DNA of 64,000 nt. Origin: Hamiltosporidium tvaerminnensis FI-OER-3-3. Lineage: Eukaryota; Fungi; Microsporidia. The notes under the pieces are model-generated. The model saw nothing but the letters and a program-made list of their open reading frames with translations, was not told the origin of the DNA and ran no database searches. Made by a program: the position numbers and the translations under genes. The DNA is taken from the NCBI GenBank assembly GCA_022605425.2, contig CM061246.1, forward strand, positions 1,116,001-1,180,000. Reading direction: 5' to 3'. Shown one piece after another: positions 50,515 through 62,120 of the stretch. Within the stretch, counting starts at the first letter, position 1; each line of letters opens with the position of its first letter.

Positions 50515-51534
50515 AAGTTTTTGCAATTTTGATCTTTATTATAGTTTACATGTACTTTAGTTTCATTTTACTTTTTACATTTTTTGGATGTAATTACCAT
50601 ATTACTTCGAATACATGCCACCGCATAAGTTTATTAATTTATAATAAATTATAATAGAAGGAAATTATACGACATAATACAGTATTGGATTTGGTGTTAA
50701 ACAAAGTTATCAGTTTGTATAAAACAATTTAATAAAATACATGAAAATCAATTTTCTTATATACTAAAGAATAGAACTCATTGAAAATGTAAAATATTTC
50801 AGACTGATATCAAAAACACGATTTGACACGAGTCTGAGTGTTTAAAATAACCATTATGATGGTTTTCTCAAAATATTTTCATGTATTGCGCATTTCATTT
50901 ATTTATTAATTCAATGCCAAGAACTTTATATTGTTCTAATCCTATTTGTAAACATGTCATCCATGTTTTGTGTAAATTTTCGTTTGACTTAATGCTCTAA
51001 AATATTTGTATATTTTGATGCTTTTGGTATTTTAATGCTTATTTTTATCACTGCCCAATATATAGACCTGTTTTTGTTTTAAAGATTAAAAGTGTATATA
51101 TAATCTTTTAAATTTTATGAATATTTTCTTCTGGCTCTTTGATGTATTGCATCTAAAAAGGTCAGGTGGTTTTGATAAAAAAAAACATTCAATTATATTT
51201 TGCACCTGATAATATTTATTGACAATGGATATGTCAATCGGGTTATTAGAATTTTCACAGATACCGGGTCATATCAAAAAATTAATGGAAAGCAAATATG
51301 AAATGATTGTAATACCCTTATTTCCATTTATTATTTTATCAAAATAAAGCATTGGAATAAAATAAAAAAGATACATAATTTGAGTTCTTAATTCATTTGA
51401 AATAATACAAATATCTATTCAGGAAATGAAATTTTCTGTTTTATGTACACCATGTATTAATTCATATATGAGTGCATATTTGAACAAATATTTTTCATGT
51501 GGTGTGGTTGATAAAAGTTGATGTTTAACACCAA

Positions 51535-51730
51535 TTTTTTTTATCATATATTCTGTATTTTTTTTCGGCTACAATTTCTTCGAAATGAAACATAGAAATC
51601 TGTAAATATGTTGTACTTTTTTTTTATCATATATTCTGTATTTTTTTTCGGCTACAATTTCTTCGAAATGAAACATAGAAATCTGTAAATATGTTGTACA
51701 TTTTTTTTATTATGATTGTATTTTTTTTCG
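51535..51730. repeat. Direct tandem duplication, ~82 bp x 2 plus a partial third unit
   Basis: ttatcatatattctg...aatatgttgtac is repeated exactly. Confidence 0.85.
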
Positions 51731-52920
51731 AATTAAACTAGTTTAATCTGTTTTGAAACAATATTTTTACAATTTCATTGGTGTTTGATAAATTAATGAA
51801 TCGCCTGACTTGTATTATAAGTAAAGCCTATATATATGGATATTGTTTATCTTTAGTAACTCATCTTAAATTACCATGATCGTTTTCTAGATGCAGTTAC
51901 AGTTAGAACATTGATTTATTTTTCTTCTATCCGATCCTTTATAGCGAAATATAAACACTCATATAAACATTCAGTCCTTCGAAGTTTCTGCACAGAAAAT
52001 AATTGGTTTAATTTGTTTAAATTTGCACCATTAAGTGTTATACCGAGCCTTTGTGTAATATATCCTATTTTAATTCGAAAGAGAGTTCGTTAATTTACTT
52101 TCCAAAACCATTTTTTTTATCAGAGAATAGTTGTAAAATGTCGTAGATTGCTATATTCATATCCAATTAAAGTTCTTATCTACAGTGCTCCTTATATTTA
52201 ATTCGATTTTCTAAATAACTCATGTTTTAAATATAAAATGATATTTTCAAGAAAGAGTTTATTATTTATACGCTGCTTGATTGTGCTGATCTGCTTTATA
52301 AATGTGTAAGGTAATGACGCCAAACTTGTATATGCCTTTATATTTTTCACAATATTTCTACATTGAATTTTGACTACACTCAAATTTTTTGGGTAATTGA
52401 ATCTTCAAAATGATATTTTCGTAGACTTTTAATCGTATTCATGTCCTTATTTTGAGGTTTATTTATCTTTTATATCGAATATTCTATCTTAATTAAGACA
52501 ATTCAATGCGGAATTTATTTATACCAAAGTATCACTGTATCTTATCCAATCTAAATAAGCTTCAACAGACCCGCGGGAGTTTCTCTTGGTTTTTCAATAT
52601 CAGAAACTAAAGTAAATCTCATTTGAATAATTTCTACTTTTACAGGTGCTTTTTAACTATTTTAATTCGTAAAATAAATACCCGTTTTGATCTTAAAATT
52701 TTAATTTGTTTTTTGTTCATAGATTAACTCTCATTTTTACATTCTCAAATATTTTCATGAACAGAATGACTTCTAATTTGTTTTAAAGACATTAATTTAT
52801 ACTTTTTTATGAAAATAAGAAACCCAAAAAATACAAAGATTACTTTTACTAACCAACAGCCACCAATACACAATTTAACAAAATAGACTACCATTCTTCC
52901 TTATTTATACACAAAAAATA

Positions 52921-55900
52921 TTAAAATGCTATGTTATTCGTTACTTCCTGATATTTATCATAAATCCACGTCCTAAACTTCTTACAACTCCCATTTATCA
53001 TTTTCTCAACATTTTCTTTTATTTCATTATCTCCTACATCAAACATAAATCTACTATAAAAGTTATCCACTGCTCCTTTCCTATAACAATCAAGACCACT
53101 CTCTTTAAAACAATCAACAGCATACATTATTTCCTTAGAAGATCTCCTCAAAGCTACAAATCCTTTAACCATCATTTCTCTATAAAATTTAAACGCCACA
53201 CCGTCATAACCACCCATTAACATAAATATTTCAGCTGTTAATTTCAAAGGAAGTTCTATACTTAAATTTCCAGGCGAAGTCTCAAACATAAACCCAAAAT
53301 CTATATGAATCATAAATCCATCATCATCTATAAGAATATTACCGTTATGTCTATCTTTAATATTTAAAAAGTAAACTACCAAAGAATAACCAACCAATGA
53401 ACTTACAAAATTATAAAGTGCCTTTGAATATCTTTCACCTTCTTTAAAACCAAATTTCAATTCAAAATAATCGACTAAACTGTTAATTTTTTCTCTTCCA
53501 ATCTGATCACGTGTTATAGCATTTTCTACAACTTCTATTAAACCACACTCACTATCTGTACATAAAACTCTATACGGATACAAAAAAATATCCAAATTAT
53601 TCTTCTTAAAAATGTCTTTAAAAATTTGAATCAATTGTAAAGCCAACATGTCTTGTCTACAGTCATCACCAGCTTTAACAATAAGCCTTTTATAAATATA
53701 AGAACAAGGGGTCTTAATAACACCATCATTACTAACACCCCCTTTATTTATACACTTAAGGGTTATCATATAAGGAACCTTAGCATGGCTCTGTAATACC
53801 CTTCCACTACCCTTTACAATATCAATTATTTCTTCAGTACCAAAGCAGTAATAAAGGCCTTGAATACTAACACCCTGTTGTATATTTGGTACATTATTAA
53901 CACCCCTTTGTTTAGTATCCCCTTTATTAACACCCTCTAACATATCCTCTTTATTAACACCATTTATACTACTATCCTTATAACTAACACCCTCTTCTTT
54001 AGTAACCATGTCATTAACACCCTCTAATATATCCTTATAAGTAACACCCTGTTGTTTACTACCTCTCTCATTAACACCCTCTTCTTTACTACCCATGTCC
54101 TTAACACCCTCTAACATATCCTTATAACTAACACCCTTTATATCCCACACCTCTTCATTAACACCCCCTATCTCTATCTTCTCCAATTCTTTGTTAATAA
54201 ATTCCTTTTTATTTTCTTCATTCCGTGCATTAAAAGAAATAGAATTTAAATTTTTATAAAATTTAACCTGTTTTTCATACAACAACACCTCTTTCTCACC
54301 AATTCCTAAAATAAGATCATCCATACATTTCTTAAACACATTACTCTTATTTGTATGAACACCCCGTAAATTCTTTTTATTTCCATTCTCTTCACTTATA
54401 TTACACTTAAGATTTAAAAGGAGTTCATGACATAAAATATTATTATTAGACAGATGTATCAATAAAATAAAAACATCACATCTTACTTCTTCTCTTCTTA
54501 ACACTTGAATCAATTGAGGAATATAAAAACGAATATTTTGTTTTGTTTTTAATACTTCTAAAGCTATTTTTATATGTTCTCTATTTAAAGACCTATAAAT
54601 AACAGTAATACAATCCATTACAGACATACTGTTATCAACAAATATTGAATAATTTAAATAATTAAAAATTTTACTGTTATTTCTTATAAAGGAAATAACA
54701 CCCTTTCTTCTATACATATTATAAATAAGGGTTAAATCTTTATCATCAAGGGTGTTATTATTAACGGTATGTTTTAAAGAGGCTTCAAAATCTATGTTAG
54801 TAATTAAAGGGGTCTTATTATTAGTCATAGGTAAATTTATATTTAAAGGGTACCTTTTATAATAAGAGTACCAATTATCAAGGGTTATACTTTCTATAAT
54901 TCTATTACTAGTATTAACACCCTTATAACCACTATACCTGTTATACCATAGACTACTAGTGTTATTGTAAGGGGTGTTATTATTAGTAATACTTTCTCCT
55001 GTAATAACACATATATTATCAAAGAAGAATTTAAAGAAACCTTCGGTTTCAATTGAAAGCTTTCTGAAAATAACGGGGTCTATTTTAAAATCTACATCTA
55101 CTCGTAACACCCTTTTAAGATAAGGAAGTACTATACTTTTTGGTAAATAAAGGGTGTTACATATACGTACTAATACATAAAGGGTCTTATAGTTAAAGGT
55201 AGTAGCTAAAAGGGTCTTAAGTAACTGTATTACTGATAAAAGGGTGTTACTATTATAAAGATTTAAATAAACAACATCGATTAAAAAGAAAATATCAGAG
55301 GTGACATCAATACTATAATTAACACCCTGTTGTTGATTAGTTATATTGTTAACACCCTGTTGTATATCTTTATAGTTATTAACACCCAGTTGTATATCTT
55401 TATAGTTATTAACACCCTGTTGTTCATCTTTATAGTTGTTAACACCCTGTTGTATATCTTTATAGTTATTAACACCCTCTAATACATCCCTACAATCCTT
55501 AACACCTTCTAATACATACCTACTATCCTTAACACCCTTTAAATTACAAAATCTATACTTAACACCCTCTAATACATATCTACTATCCTTAACACCCCTT
55601 AATTCACATACCTCATTACTAAAGTCTTCTATCTTTTTCATTGTAATTTCAACGTAAGAATATAAATCTTTAAAAGACGTAAAACCAAGAGTTAAATAAT
55701 CTTTACCAAAAAGAGTTATATCTGCTATAAATAACACTATATAATTATAAAAAATAGGTGAATTACCACTTATTTCACTTAAAATGGTTTTATAGAAACT
55801 AAGATAAGAAATAAAGACATCCTCGGTATCTTTAAATTGATTTCTTGCTTTTAAAGTCTTAAAAATCTCAGAAAAATAAATATGTAATTTTATATTATAT

Positions 55901-58350
55901 AACAGGGTGTTATCTTTACATAAAAGTATTTTTAAAATCTTTAAAGAAATTATAAGCGTTGTCTTATAAGAAGAAGGATTTGTGCCTAAAGATAACAGGG
56001 TGTAAGCATATGAAAGATTAAAAGGCATAGGTAAAGGGTTATTAAAGGCAAAAGTAATAACAGGGGTGTTATTTATAAGGGTAGTAGTTATAGGGGTGTT
56101 ATCACTGGTATTAGTAATATTAGGGTTATTAATAGGGGTGTTATCACTAGTATTAGTAATATTAGGGTTATTAATAGGGGTGTTATTATAAGTAGTAGTG
56201 TTATTCCCTTTTATAACAGTATAACACCCTTTTTCCCTTTCTAAGGCTTCTAACCCTTCTTTATCAATAAAATTAAATTTCCGTTCAATAACACCCTCTT
56301 CTAAATGTATTTGTTCAATCAATTCTTCAACTTCTTCTTTGAGAAATCTAAGTGTCTTATCATCAGTGATATACTCAATAACACCTGTATAATTAAAATT
56401 TGAAATTTTATTTTTTTCTGAAAAATAAAGAATCGTGAGAAAAGTAAGATGAGGTGGTTTTGGAGTTTTCTTAAGAATAAATGGAATTTTGATTTGTAAT
56501 TTAGAAGATGGATGTTGTAAGGAATCTGCCATTTTTACGAGAGCAGGTGTTTTTAAAAAAAAGAAGGTCATATTTTTAAGAAAATTATGTTTTAGAATAA
56601 ATATCCATACATCGTAAATTACAGGATAAAAGGGTTTGTAGGGTGGAATATATGGAAGGGTGTTAAGTAACTGAATAAGGATTTTGTCTCTTTTTTCTAG
56701 AAAAAAATTTAAAAAATCTAAAATGTGAAAATCTGTCTTGGTAGGTATATAAAGGGTGTTATTGAAAGGGGTGTCTGTAACGGGTAAATTATCTTTTTTT
56801 AAATTTTTAAAAACGTGGTAATAAAAGTTTAAAGGATATTCTGGTGGAAGACTGTTAAGAAAGGTGTATAAAGGAAAAGAAAATTCATTTTTTAAAAGGA
56901 AATTTGCGTAATATTCTGGTGAGGTTTGAGTTGTAAGTTTTAAAAAGAAATTATTTATTTCAGGGAAATGAAATGGCAGTGGTTTTAAAGAAATGAAGTA
57001 AAGAAAGTTTTGTGAGTAAAGATTTTTGTATTTCGTTAGAGAAGAAATATAAAAAAATGCTTTTCTGTAGATTGTGAAGAGATTCTGACTTGAAATGCAT
57101 AAAAGTAATTCTTCTTTTATATTTTCTGTTTTTATGCATTTTTTAGTAAAATTTTTATTTTTAAGTTTACTTTTTATGCATAAAGGAATCTCAAATTGTT
57201 TTTCATTTTTTTGAAAAATTTCTTCTTTTATTTCTTCCTTTGTTTTCTCATTTTCTTCAGAATTTTCACCATTTTTGGTTTCTTTTGATATTTCTTGCTT
57301 TAATTTCAAATTTAATTTTTCTTTAAATTCTTTGATAGTTTCATAGTCTTTGGCTTCTTTTTCTTCATCTGTTAAAATATTGTGGTTCTTTTTACATCCT
57401 TTATAAGTTTTATAATTATTTTCTTGTTCAGTAATAATAAAAAGATTGGTAATCCTATTAATTAGAGAATGTGCTTTTCTTTTGGCCATAAAAATTATAC
57501 AATCAGTGGTAAAAATTAAGTCTAAAACGTAAAGAAAGTCTTTAGGAGAAAGACATCCCATTGTATAAATAATACGATACTGTATTTCTATCATACTATC
57601 TTCTCCTATCATAAGATTATGTGAGAGTAATATATCTTTAATTTGATTAATACATGTGCCTTCTGTAAATGTATTTATTATAAAAGAATTAATAAAAATA
57701 AAAACGATATCTTTTTCCATAAAATTAGATGTGTTTAGTAACATAAGCATTTCATTATAAAGAGAGAAAGAGAATGAATATAAATGATGGTTAGTGATTG
57801 AAAGATCAAGTATTTTACGTGTTTCTAGATATTTAGCGATAAGAGAAAGTGTAAGTAAAAATGTATCAAGCATTGCATTCATTAATGGTTCATCATTTTG
57901 ATAATTAATGATTTCATTGAATGTAGAGGATTTAATTGTTGTAGAAAGAGTTTCTATTAATGAAGTAAATTCTTCGATGTGAAGAAAAGAATAATTTGAA
58001 ATAAAAATTTCTAAAAGAGCAGATTTTAAAGAATAGCAGAGGGGTGTGGTAAAAGACAATGTAAGAATATCATTGATGATTATTTCATAGAGATGTGTGT
58101 TAAGAAGAAGTGTAAAAGAATCCAAGAAAATTTGGTAGAGATTTTTATCTGTTGTTTGCAGCATTTGTGTGTCAGTCGTATAAAGAGTATTTTTTAACAA
58201 CAAAAAAAGGAAAAACGGGTCTTCATAAGTAAAGTGGTTTAAAGCTGATTTTAAATCATCTGTGGTTACTTTCTTGTTGAATCTGAAATTAATGGAGATT
58301 TTTTGGTTGTTTAAAGTTGATTTGTATTCTTTATATTCATCGAATTGCAT
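52921..58350 (-). CDS. STT4: Phosphatidylinositol 4-kinase type III alpha with low-complexity insertions
   Basis: 1809 aa with FYIPQLIQVLR, LQSHAKVPY, KAGDDCRQDMLALQ, IKDRHNGNIL and HIDFGF motifs. CCCC precedes the ATG. Confidence 0.92.
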   Translation of the reverse strand: MQFDEYKEYKSTLNNQKISINFRFNKKVTTDDLKSALNHFTYEDPFFLFLLLKNTLYTTDTQMLQTTDKNLYQIFLDSFTLLLNTHLYEIIINDILTLSFTTPLCYSLKSALLEIFISNYSFLHIEEFTSLIETLSTTIKSSTFNEIINYQNDEPLMNAMLDTFLLTLSLIAKYLETRKILDLSITNHHLYSFSFSLYNEMLMLLNTSNFMEKDIVFIFINSFIINTFTEGTCINQIKDILLSHNLMIGEDSMIEIQYRIIYTMGCLSPKDFLYVLDLIFTTDCIIFMAKRKAHSLINRITNLFIITEQENNYKTYKGCKKNHNILTDEEKEAKDYETIKEFKEKLNLKLKQEISKETKNGENSEENEKTKEEIKEEIFQKNEKQFEIPLCIKSKLKNKNFTKKCIKTENIKEELLLCISSQNLFTIYRKAFFYISSLTKYKNLYSQNFLYFISLKPLPFHFPEINNFFLKLTTQTSPEYYANFLLKNEFSFPLYTFLNSLPPEYPLNFYYHVFKNLKKDNLPVTDTPFNNTLYIPTKTDFHILDFLNFFLEKRDKILIQLLNTLPYIPPYKPFYPVIYDVWIFILKHNFLKNMTFFFLKTPALVKMADSLQHPSSKLQIKIPFILKKTPKPPHLTFLTILYFSEKNKISNFNYTGVIEYITDDKTLRFLKEEVEELIEQIHLEEGVIERKFNFIDKEGLEALEREKGCYTVIKGNNTTTYNNTPINNPNITNTSDNTPINNPNITNTSDNTPITTTLINNTPVITFAFNNPLPMPFNLSYAYTLLSLGTNPSSYKTTLIISLKILKILLCKDNTLLYNIKLHIYFSEIFKTLKARNQFKDTEDVFISYLSFYKTILSEISGNSPIFYNYIVLFIADITLFGKDYLTLGFTSFKDLYSYVEITMKKIEDFSNEVCELRGVKDSRYVLEGVKYRFCNLKGVKDSRYVLEGVKDCRDVLEGVNNYKDIQQGVNNYKDEQQGVNNYKDIQLGVNNYKDIQQGVNNITNQQQGVNYSIDVTSDIFFLIDVVYLNLYNSNTLLSVIQLLKTLLATTFNYKTLYVLVRICNTLYLPKSIVLPYLKRVLRVDVDFKIDPVIFRKLSIETEGFFKFFFDNICVITGESITNNNTPYNNTSSLWYNRYSGYKGVNTSNRIIESITLDNWYSYYKRYPLNINLPMTNNKTPLITNIDFEASLKHTVNNNTLDDKDLTLIYNMYRRKGVISFIRNNSKIFNYLNYSIFVDNSMSVMDCITVIYRSLNREHIKIALEVLKTKQNIRFYIPQLIQVLRREEVRCDVFILLIHLSNNNILCHELLLNLKCNISEENGNKKNLRGVHTNKSNVFKKCMDDLILGIGEKEVLLYEKQVKFYKNLNSISFNARNEENKKEFINKELEKIEIGGVNEEVWDIKGVSYKDMLEGVKDMGSKEEGVNERGSKQQGVTYKDILEGVNDMVTKEEGVSYKDSSINGVNKEDMLEGVNKGDTKQRGVNNVPNIQQGVSIQGLYYCFGTEEIIDIVKGSGRVLQSHAKVPYMITLKCINKGGVSNDGVIKTPCSYIYKRLIVKAGDDCRQDMLALQLIQIFKDIFKKNNLDIFLYPYRVLCTDSECGLIEVVENAITRDQIGREKINSLVDYFELKFGFKEGERYSKALYNFVSSLVGYSLVVYFLNIKDRHNGNILIDDDGFMIHIDFGFMFETSPGNLSIELPLKLTAEIFMLMGGYDGVAFKFYREMMVKGFVALRRSSKEIMYAVDCFKESGLDCYRKGAVDNFYSRFMFDVGDNEIKENVEKMINGSCKKFRTWIYDKYQEVTNNIAF

Positions 58351-59203
58351 TGGGGTGGCTAATTTGGTTGCATTTGTATTTTTAAGGCGTAAAAATTTTA
58401 TAATTTTTTGATGAGTTTAAGTTGAAGCGTGAAGATAATAATAATACAAAAAATATTAGAAAATAATTTGAAAATTAAATTTTTAACGAAAAACAAATAT
58501 TTTTTAAAGAAGAACGAGATATGCACAAAATATGAGTTGATAGTTAAGGAAATCAATATTTATGAATCGAAAAACATTTAATTGTCAAAACGATATGTCT
58601 TAGAATAAATAATTATAGTAAAAGTAAATTTTAAAGTGTAAGGAATATAAAATATTTTCTTTGTTTTAATATTATTGAATTAAGTGCCTATTTGTACCTG
58701 CGAGAATAATATGTTCTGTTTAAATTTTTATTATTGTTTTTTGTATGTTAATTAACCCGAGACTAACCTGTTTAATATTTGTATTAAACCAAGTAGCTAA
58801 TTATTAACGGTTATTTACAATGATTTTGTAGATTTTTGTGTTCTTGTAAATAATTAATGTATATATACAGGTATTTTCTACAAAATATTGAACGTATAAA
58901 TTGTCTTTAATATTTTTTCAATTAAAATTAAAATCTTATTCAAGAGAAATATTGAACCTTTTTAAATTTTCGAGACTCAAACCTTTAATTTGAATAAGAA
59001 AACATAAACCCTCTATAACGGTTTTACTACGAACGATAAAAATTACAGTACTAAAGATTTTGTCTATGAAGATAATTCAAAACAGGATAGTAAAATTTAA
59101 ATGATGAGACTTGTTTCGGTCTTGTAGTTTTTTCGATATGAACAATTTGAGGAATCGAATGATTATAAAGTTACTCGAATAAGTTTATTTTATTTAATCT
59201 TGC

Positions 59204-59883
59204 TATAAGTATTTCGGTTTGTTGTATAAAAATGACATGTGTTGTATTGTTTTTGTGACTCTAACGCAGTTCTAGGTTTGTAAACAAAATTGCATTGTTA
59301 TGCTCATCAGTATATCTTTAGATACCTACATCTCAAAGCCTTTTATCTAAAACATATTTAAAATTCTTTAATGATGAAGCGGTTATCTAAAGTTCGTTAA
59401 TATCAGTTGTCTGAAGCCCGATCGTGGGTTTAATCTCACTCTAGGTTTCAAGACTACGTACATTTCTACTTACGTTAAAGTTTATGAATCGAATAAGTTT
59501 TCGCTAAGATATATTTCAGCAACTAGCCTTGAGTCCATCGAGACTGTGCAATATTATCCTGATGGCTATAACTTGCTACATAGCTTTTTTGGTCTTTCAA
59601 GAGTTTTATATATAACATGGGCGCTGAGTCTTGTTTTTCGAGTGAGTATGGCTAGGTTTCTAGTTTTTTTATTGGTAAACACCACATTTATAATTGTGGT
59701 TTTGGACCAATTTATTATTTCTTTTTTACTATTTTATAGACTTCTTCCTTATATGCGAATTCCCATGGAAAAACGGAAATTGATGTGATTTTTCTCCGCT
59801 AAAAACCCAATCAAAAATATTCTGTTTGAATCTACCTAATGATCACTAGAAAAAAGTGTTTTATTCAATTATCTTTTTTCCAT
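59204..59883 (-). mobile_element. Diverged full-length copy of the module
   Basis: taacgcagttctaggttt, gatacctac, caagacta, gctaagatatatttcag, cgagtgag..ggctaggtttc and tcccatggaa occur in consensus order. Confidence 0.8.
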
Positions 59884-60757
59884 TAAACATAATAGATAAA
59901 TAATATTTACACATACATATTTAAATGTTTTTGAACATTATCATGTTATATAGTTGTTTCTCTTTCCTACTAGACTAATGCAGCATGGTTTTAAAAACTT
60001 AATTTTATTCTTATAGTTATTCATAAATTAGATTTTTTATGTCTCTCTTTTTTTTTAATAATCAAAAATTTAATACCTGTTCCTGTTAAAAATAATTCCA
60101 TGTTCGACTTCTAATCATATTAATCAAATTTTTTGAATATTTTTATTTTATTTATATTTAATAGCTCGCTCCTTCCCTACGGATAGAACACAATCATCCA
60201 ATGATGAATCATAGCTTCGCTAAGTTCTAGGTGTTCTAAAGACAATTTTCTTTTGATTGGTTAGGTTGTCAACCTCATAATTTTTATTTTATGCAAAATA
60301 ATAATTTCTAATAAAAGTCTTTTTTACTCTAAGGATTCGGATTTTCTAGCTTTTTTTATCAATCAAAAGATATTAAATCCAACTTTACACAAGATAATAT
60401 GGTTCTGGGAATAGCAATAGCTTTTGTTTGTAGTTATCAACTGGCTTATTTGATAGAGTTCAAAAATAATATGAATCAAACATCTTTGAAATTTCTTTGT
60501 GTTAGTATTAATGCTGGTTCCAAAAATAATTAATTCTTCAATTAAAAAAAACTTTTTTAATCTTATTTTAATCGTTACATAAATGAATTTTACTCGAATT
60601 ATTTCGCTTTTGCTTATCAAAAAAATAATATATTTTAAAATATATATCTTCGAGGCAAATTAATATCTAATATAGTAATATTTTAGTTCGTTTAAAACAT
60701 CTTAACTCAAAAGAAATATATAGTTATAATTAAATAAAAAACAATTAAATATTAATT

Positions 60758-61189
60758 TTATTCAAAATAGTTAAATTTTACACCCGAAAATGGTTTTATA
60801 TGTTTTCTTCTTATATGTGATATTAAACACCGCTTATAAACATATCTGATTTTACAATATTTGCATAAAAACCTATCATCATCATATGATATCGGAATAT
60901 AACTTAAATTAGTAAAGATGGGTATAAAGTGTTCCTTTGATTCAGTGTAGATTATTTCAGTGTTTTTACTTTTAAATCTTAGTAAGTTTTTTGATTGTAT
61001 TAAGGAATCATATTTCATAGGCTTTTCAATATTCTCCTGAGCATACTTCTCATAAGATGGTTCCAATCGGTGTATTTTAGATATAAAATATACAAAGAGA
61101 GATAAATCTTCTTTGTAATCAGTTTTATCATTTATCATGGATTTATATTTTTTCCTTAATATATTGATTAAAAATTTATAAATTGACAA
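60758..61189 (-). CDS. Small protein with a single C-terminal C2H2 zinc finger
   Basis: FLCKYCKIRYVYKRCLISHIRRKH. The start is uncertain: TTG at 61189 follows a CCC motif, and the first ATG is at 61138. Confidence 0.7.
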   Translation of the reverse strand: MSIYKFLINILRKKYKSMINDKTDYKEDLSLFVYFISKIHRLEPSYEKYAQENIEKPMKYDSLIQSKNLLRFKSKNTEIIYTESKEHFIPIFTNLSYIPISYDDDRFLCKYCKIRYVYKRCLISHIRRKHIKPFSGVKFNYFE

Positions 61190-61345
61190 ATAGGGTAAAT
61201 ATTTGATATCTATTTTCTCTTTCTATATTATAAATTTAAATTAAAAATATTCAAATTAGAAGAATATGTTGGATTTTTTTCTATGTAGACATAATGAGAA
61301 AATATGAACTCGCCAATACTTTTCATTTATTTCTTGAAAAATCAC

Positions 61346-62069
61346 TTTATTTAAAAGTATCACATCTTTTTTAAAGCAGTGGCAGGTGTTATATTTGTTT
61401 TCACGAAATTAACGCAGTTCTAGGTTTAACATAAATGACAGCTACCCCAACACTCCATCAGTAACCCCTGCGATACCTACGTCCAGAAGCCTTTCATTTA
61501 CCAAATGTGTAGAACCTAATTAATAGGCGAGGCAGTTACCCAGAGTTCGTTAATGTCCGTTGCATGGAGTGTGATCGAAGGCCGAAGCCCCCCTGGGCTC
61601 CCCCAAGACTATGCAGCATTCCCACTTACTCTGCACTTTCTAAACCCAATAAACTTCTAGCTAAGATATATTTCAGAGAATTACATGGGGTCCACCTAGA
61701 CAGTGCAATGTCATACCAACAGGTATAACCTGCTACTTAGCTCTCTCGGCTTTAAATGGTTTTTTGTTTTATATCTCCCAGGCGCTAAGTCTTCTAACCC
61801 GAGTGAGCAAGGCTAGGTTTCCATGCTTTTACATGGCAATTACCTACATGTTCAGCTGCGGTCTGCAATCTGGTACATAAAAAACTACAAATAAATTTGT
61901 AGAAAAAGTTTCTCCATTTCTTAGACCTCTCCTCCTCATAACAACTCCCATGGAACAACAGAAGGTGTAGTGTGGTTTTATTCCCACCAAAAATCCAAAC
62001 AATGATCTCACACCAGTTTCACACTCATTGCCAAGCAGAAAGTTTTTTATGTGGTTATCCTCCCTCCAC
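61346..62069 (-). mobile_element. ~720-bp module, copy 4, starting ~50 bp downstream of the RLE ORF stop
   Basis: Near-identical to copy 1 and on the same strand as the retrotransposon ORF ending at 62121. Confidence 0.92.
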
Positions 62070-62120
62070 TGCTTTTCATGTAATTATTTAATAAAATTCT
62101 GGGTTAACAAATTTTTCTTT

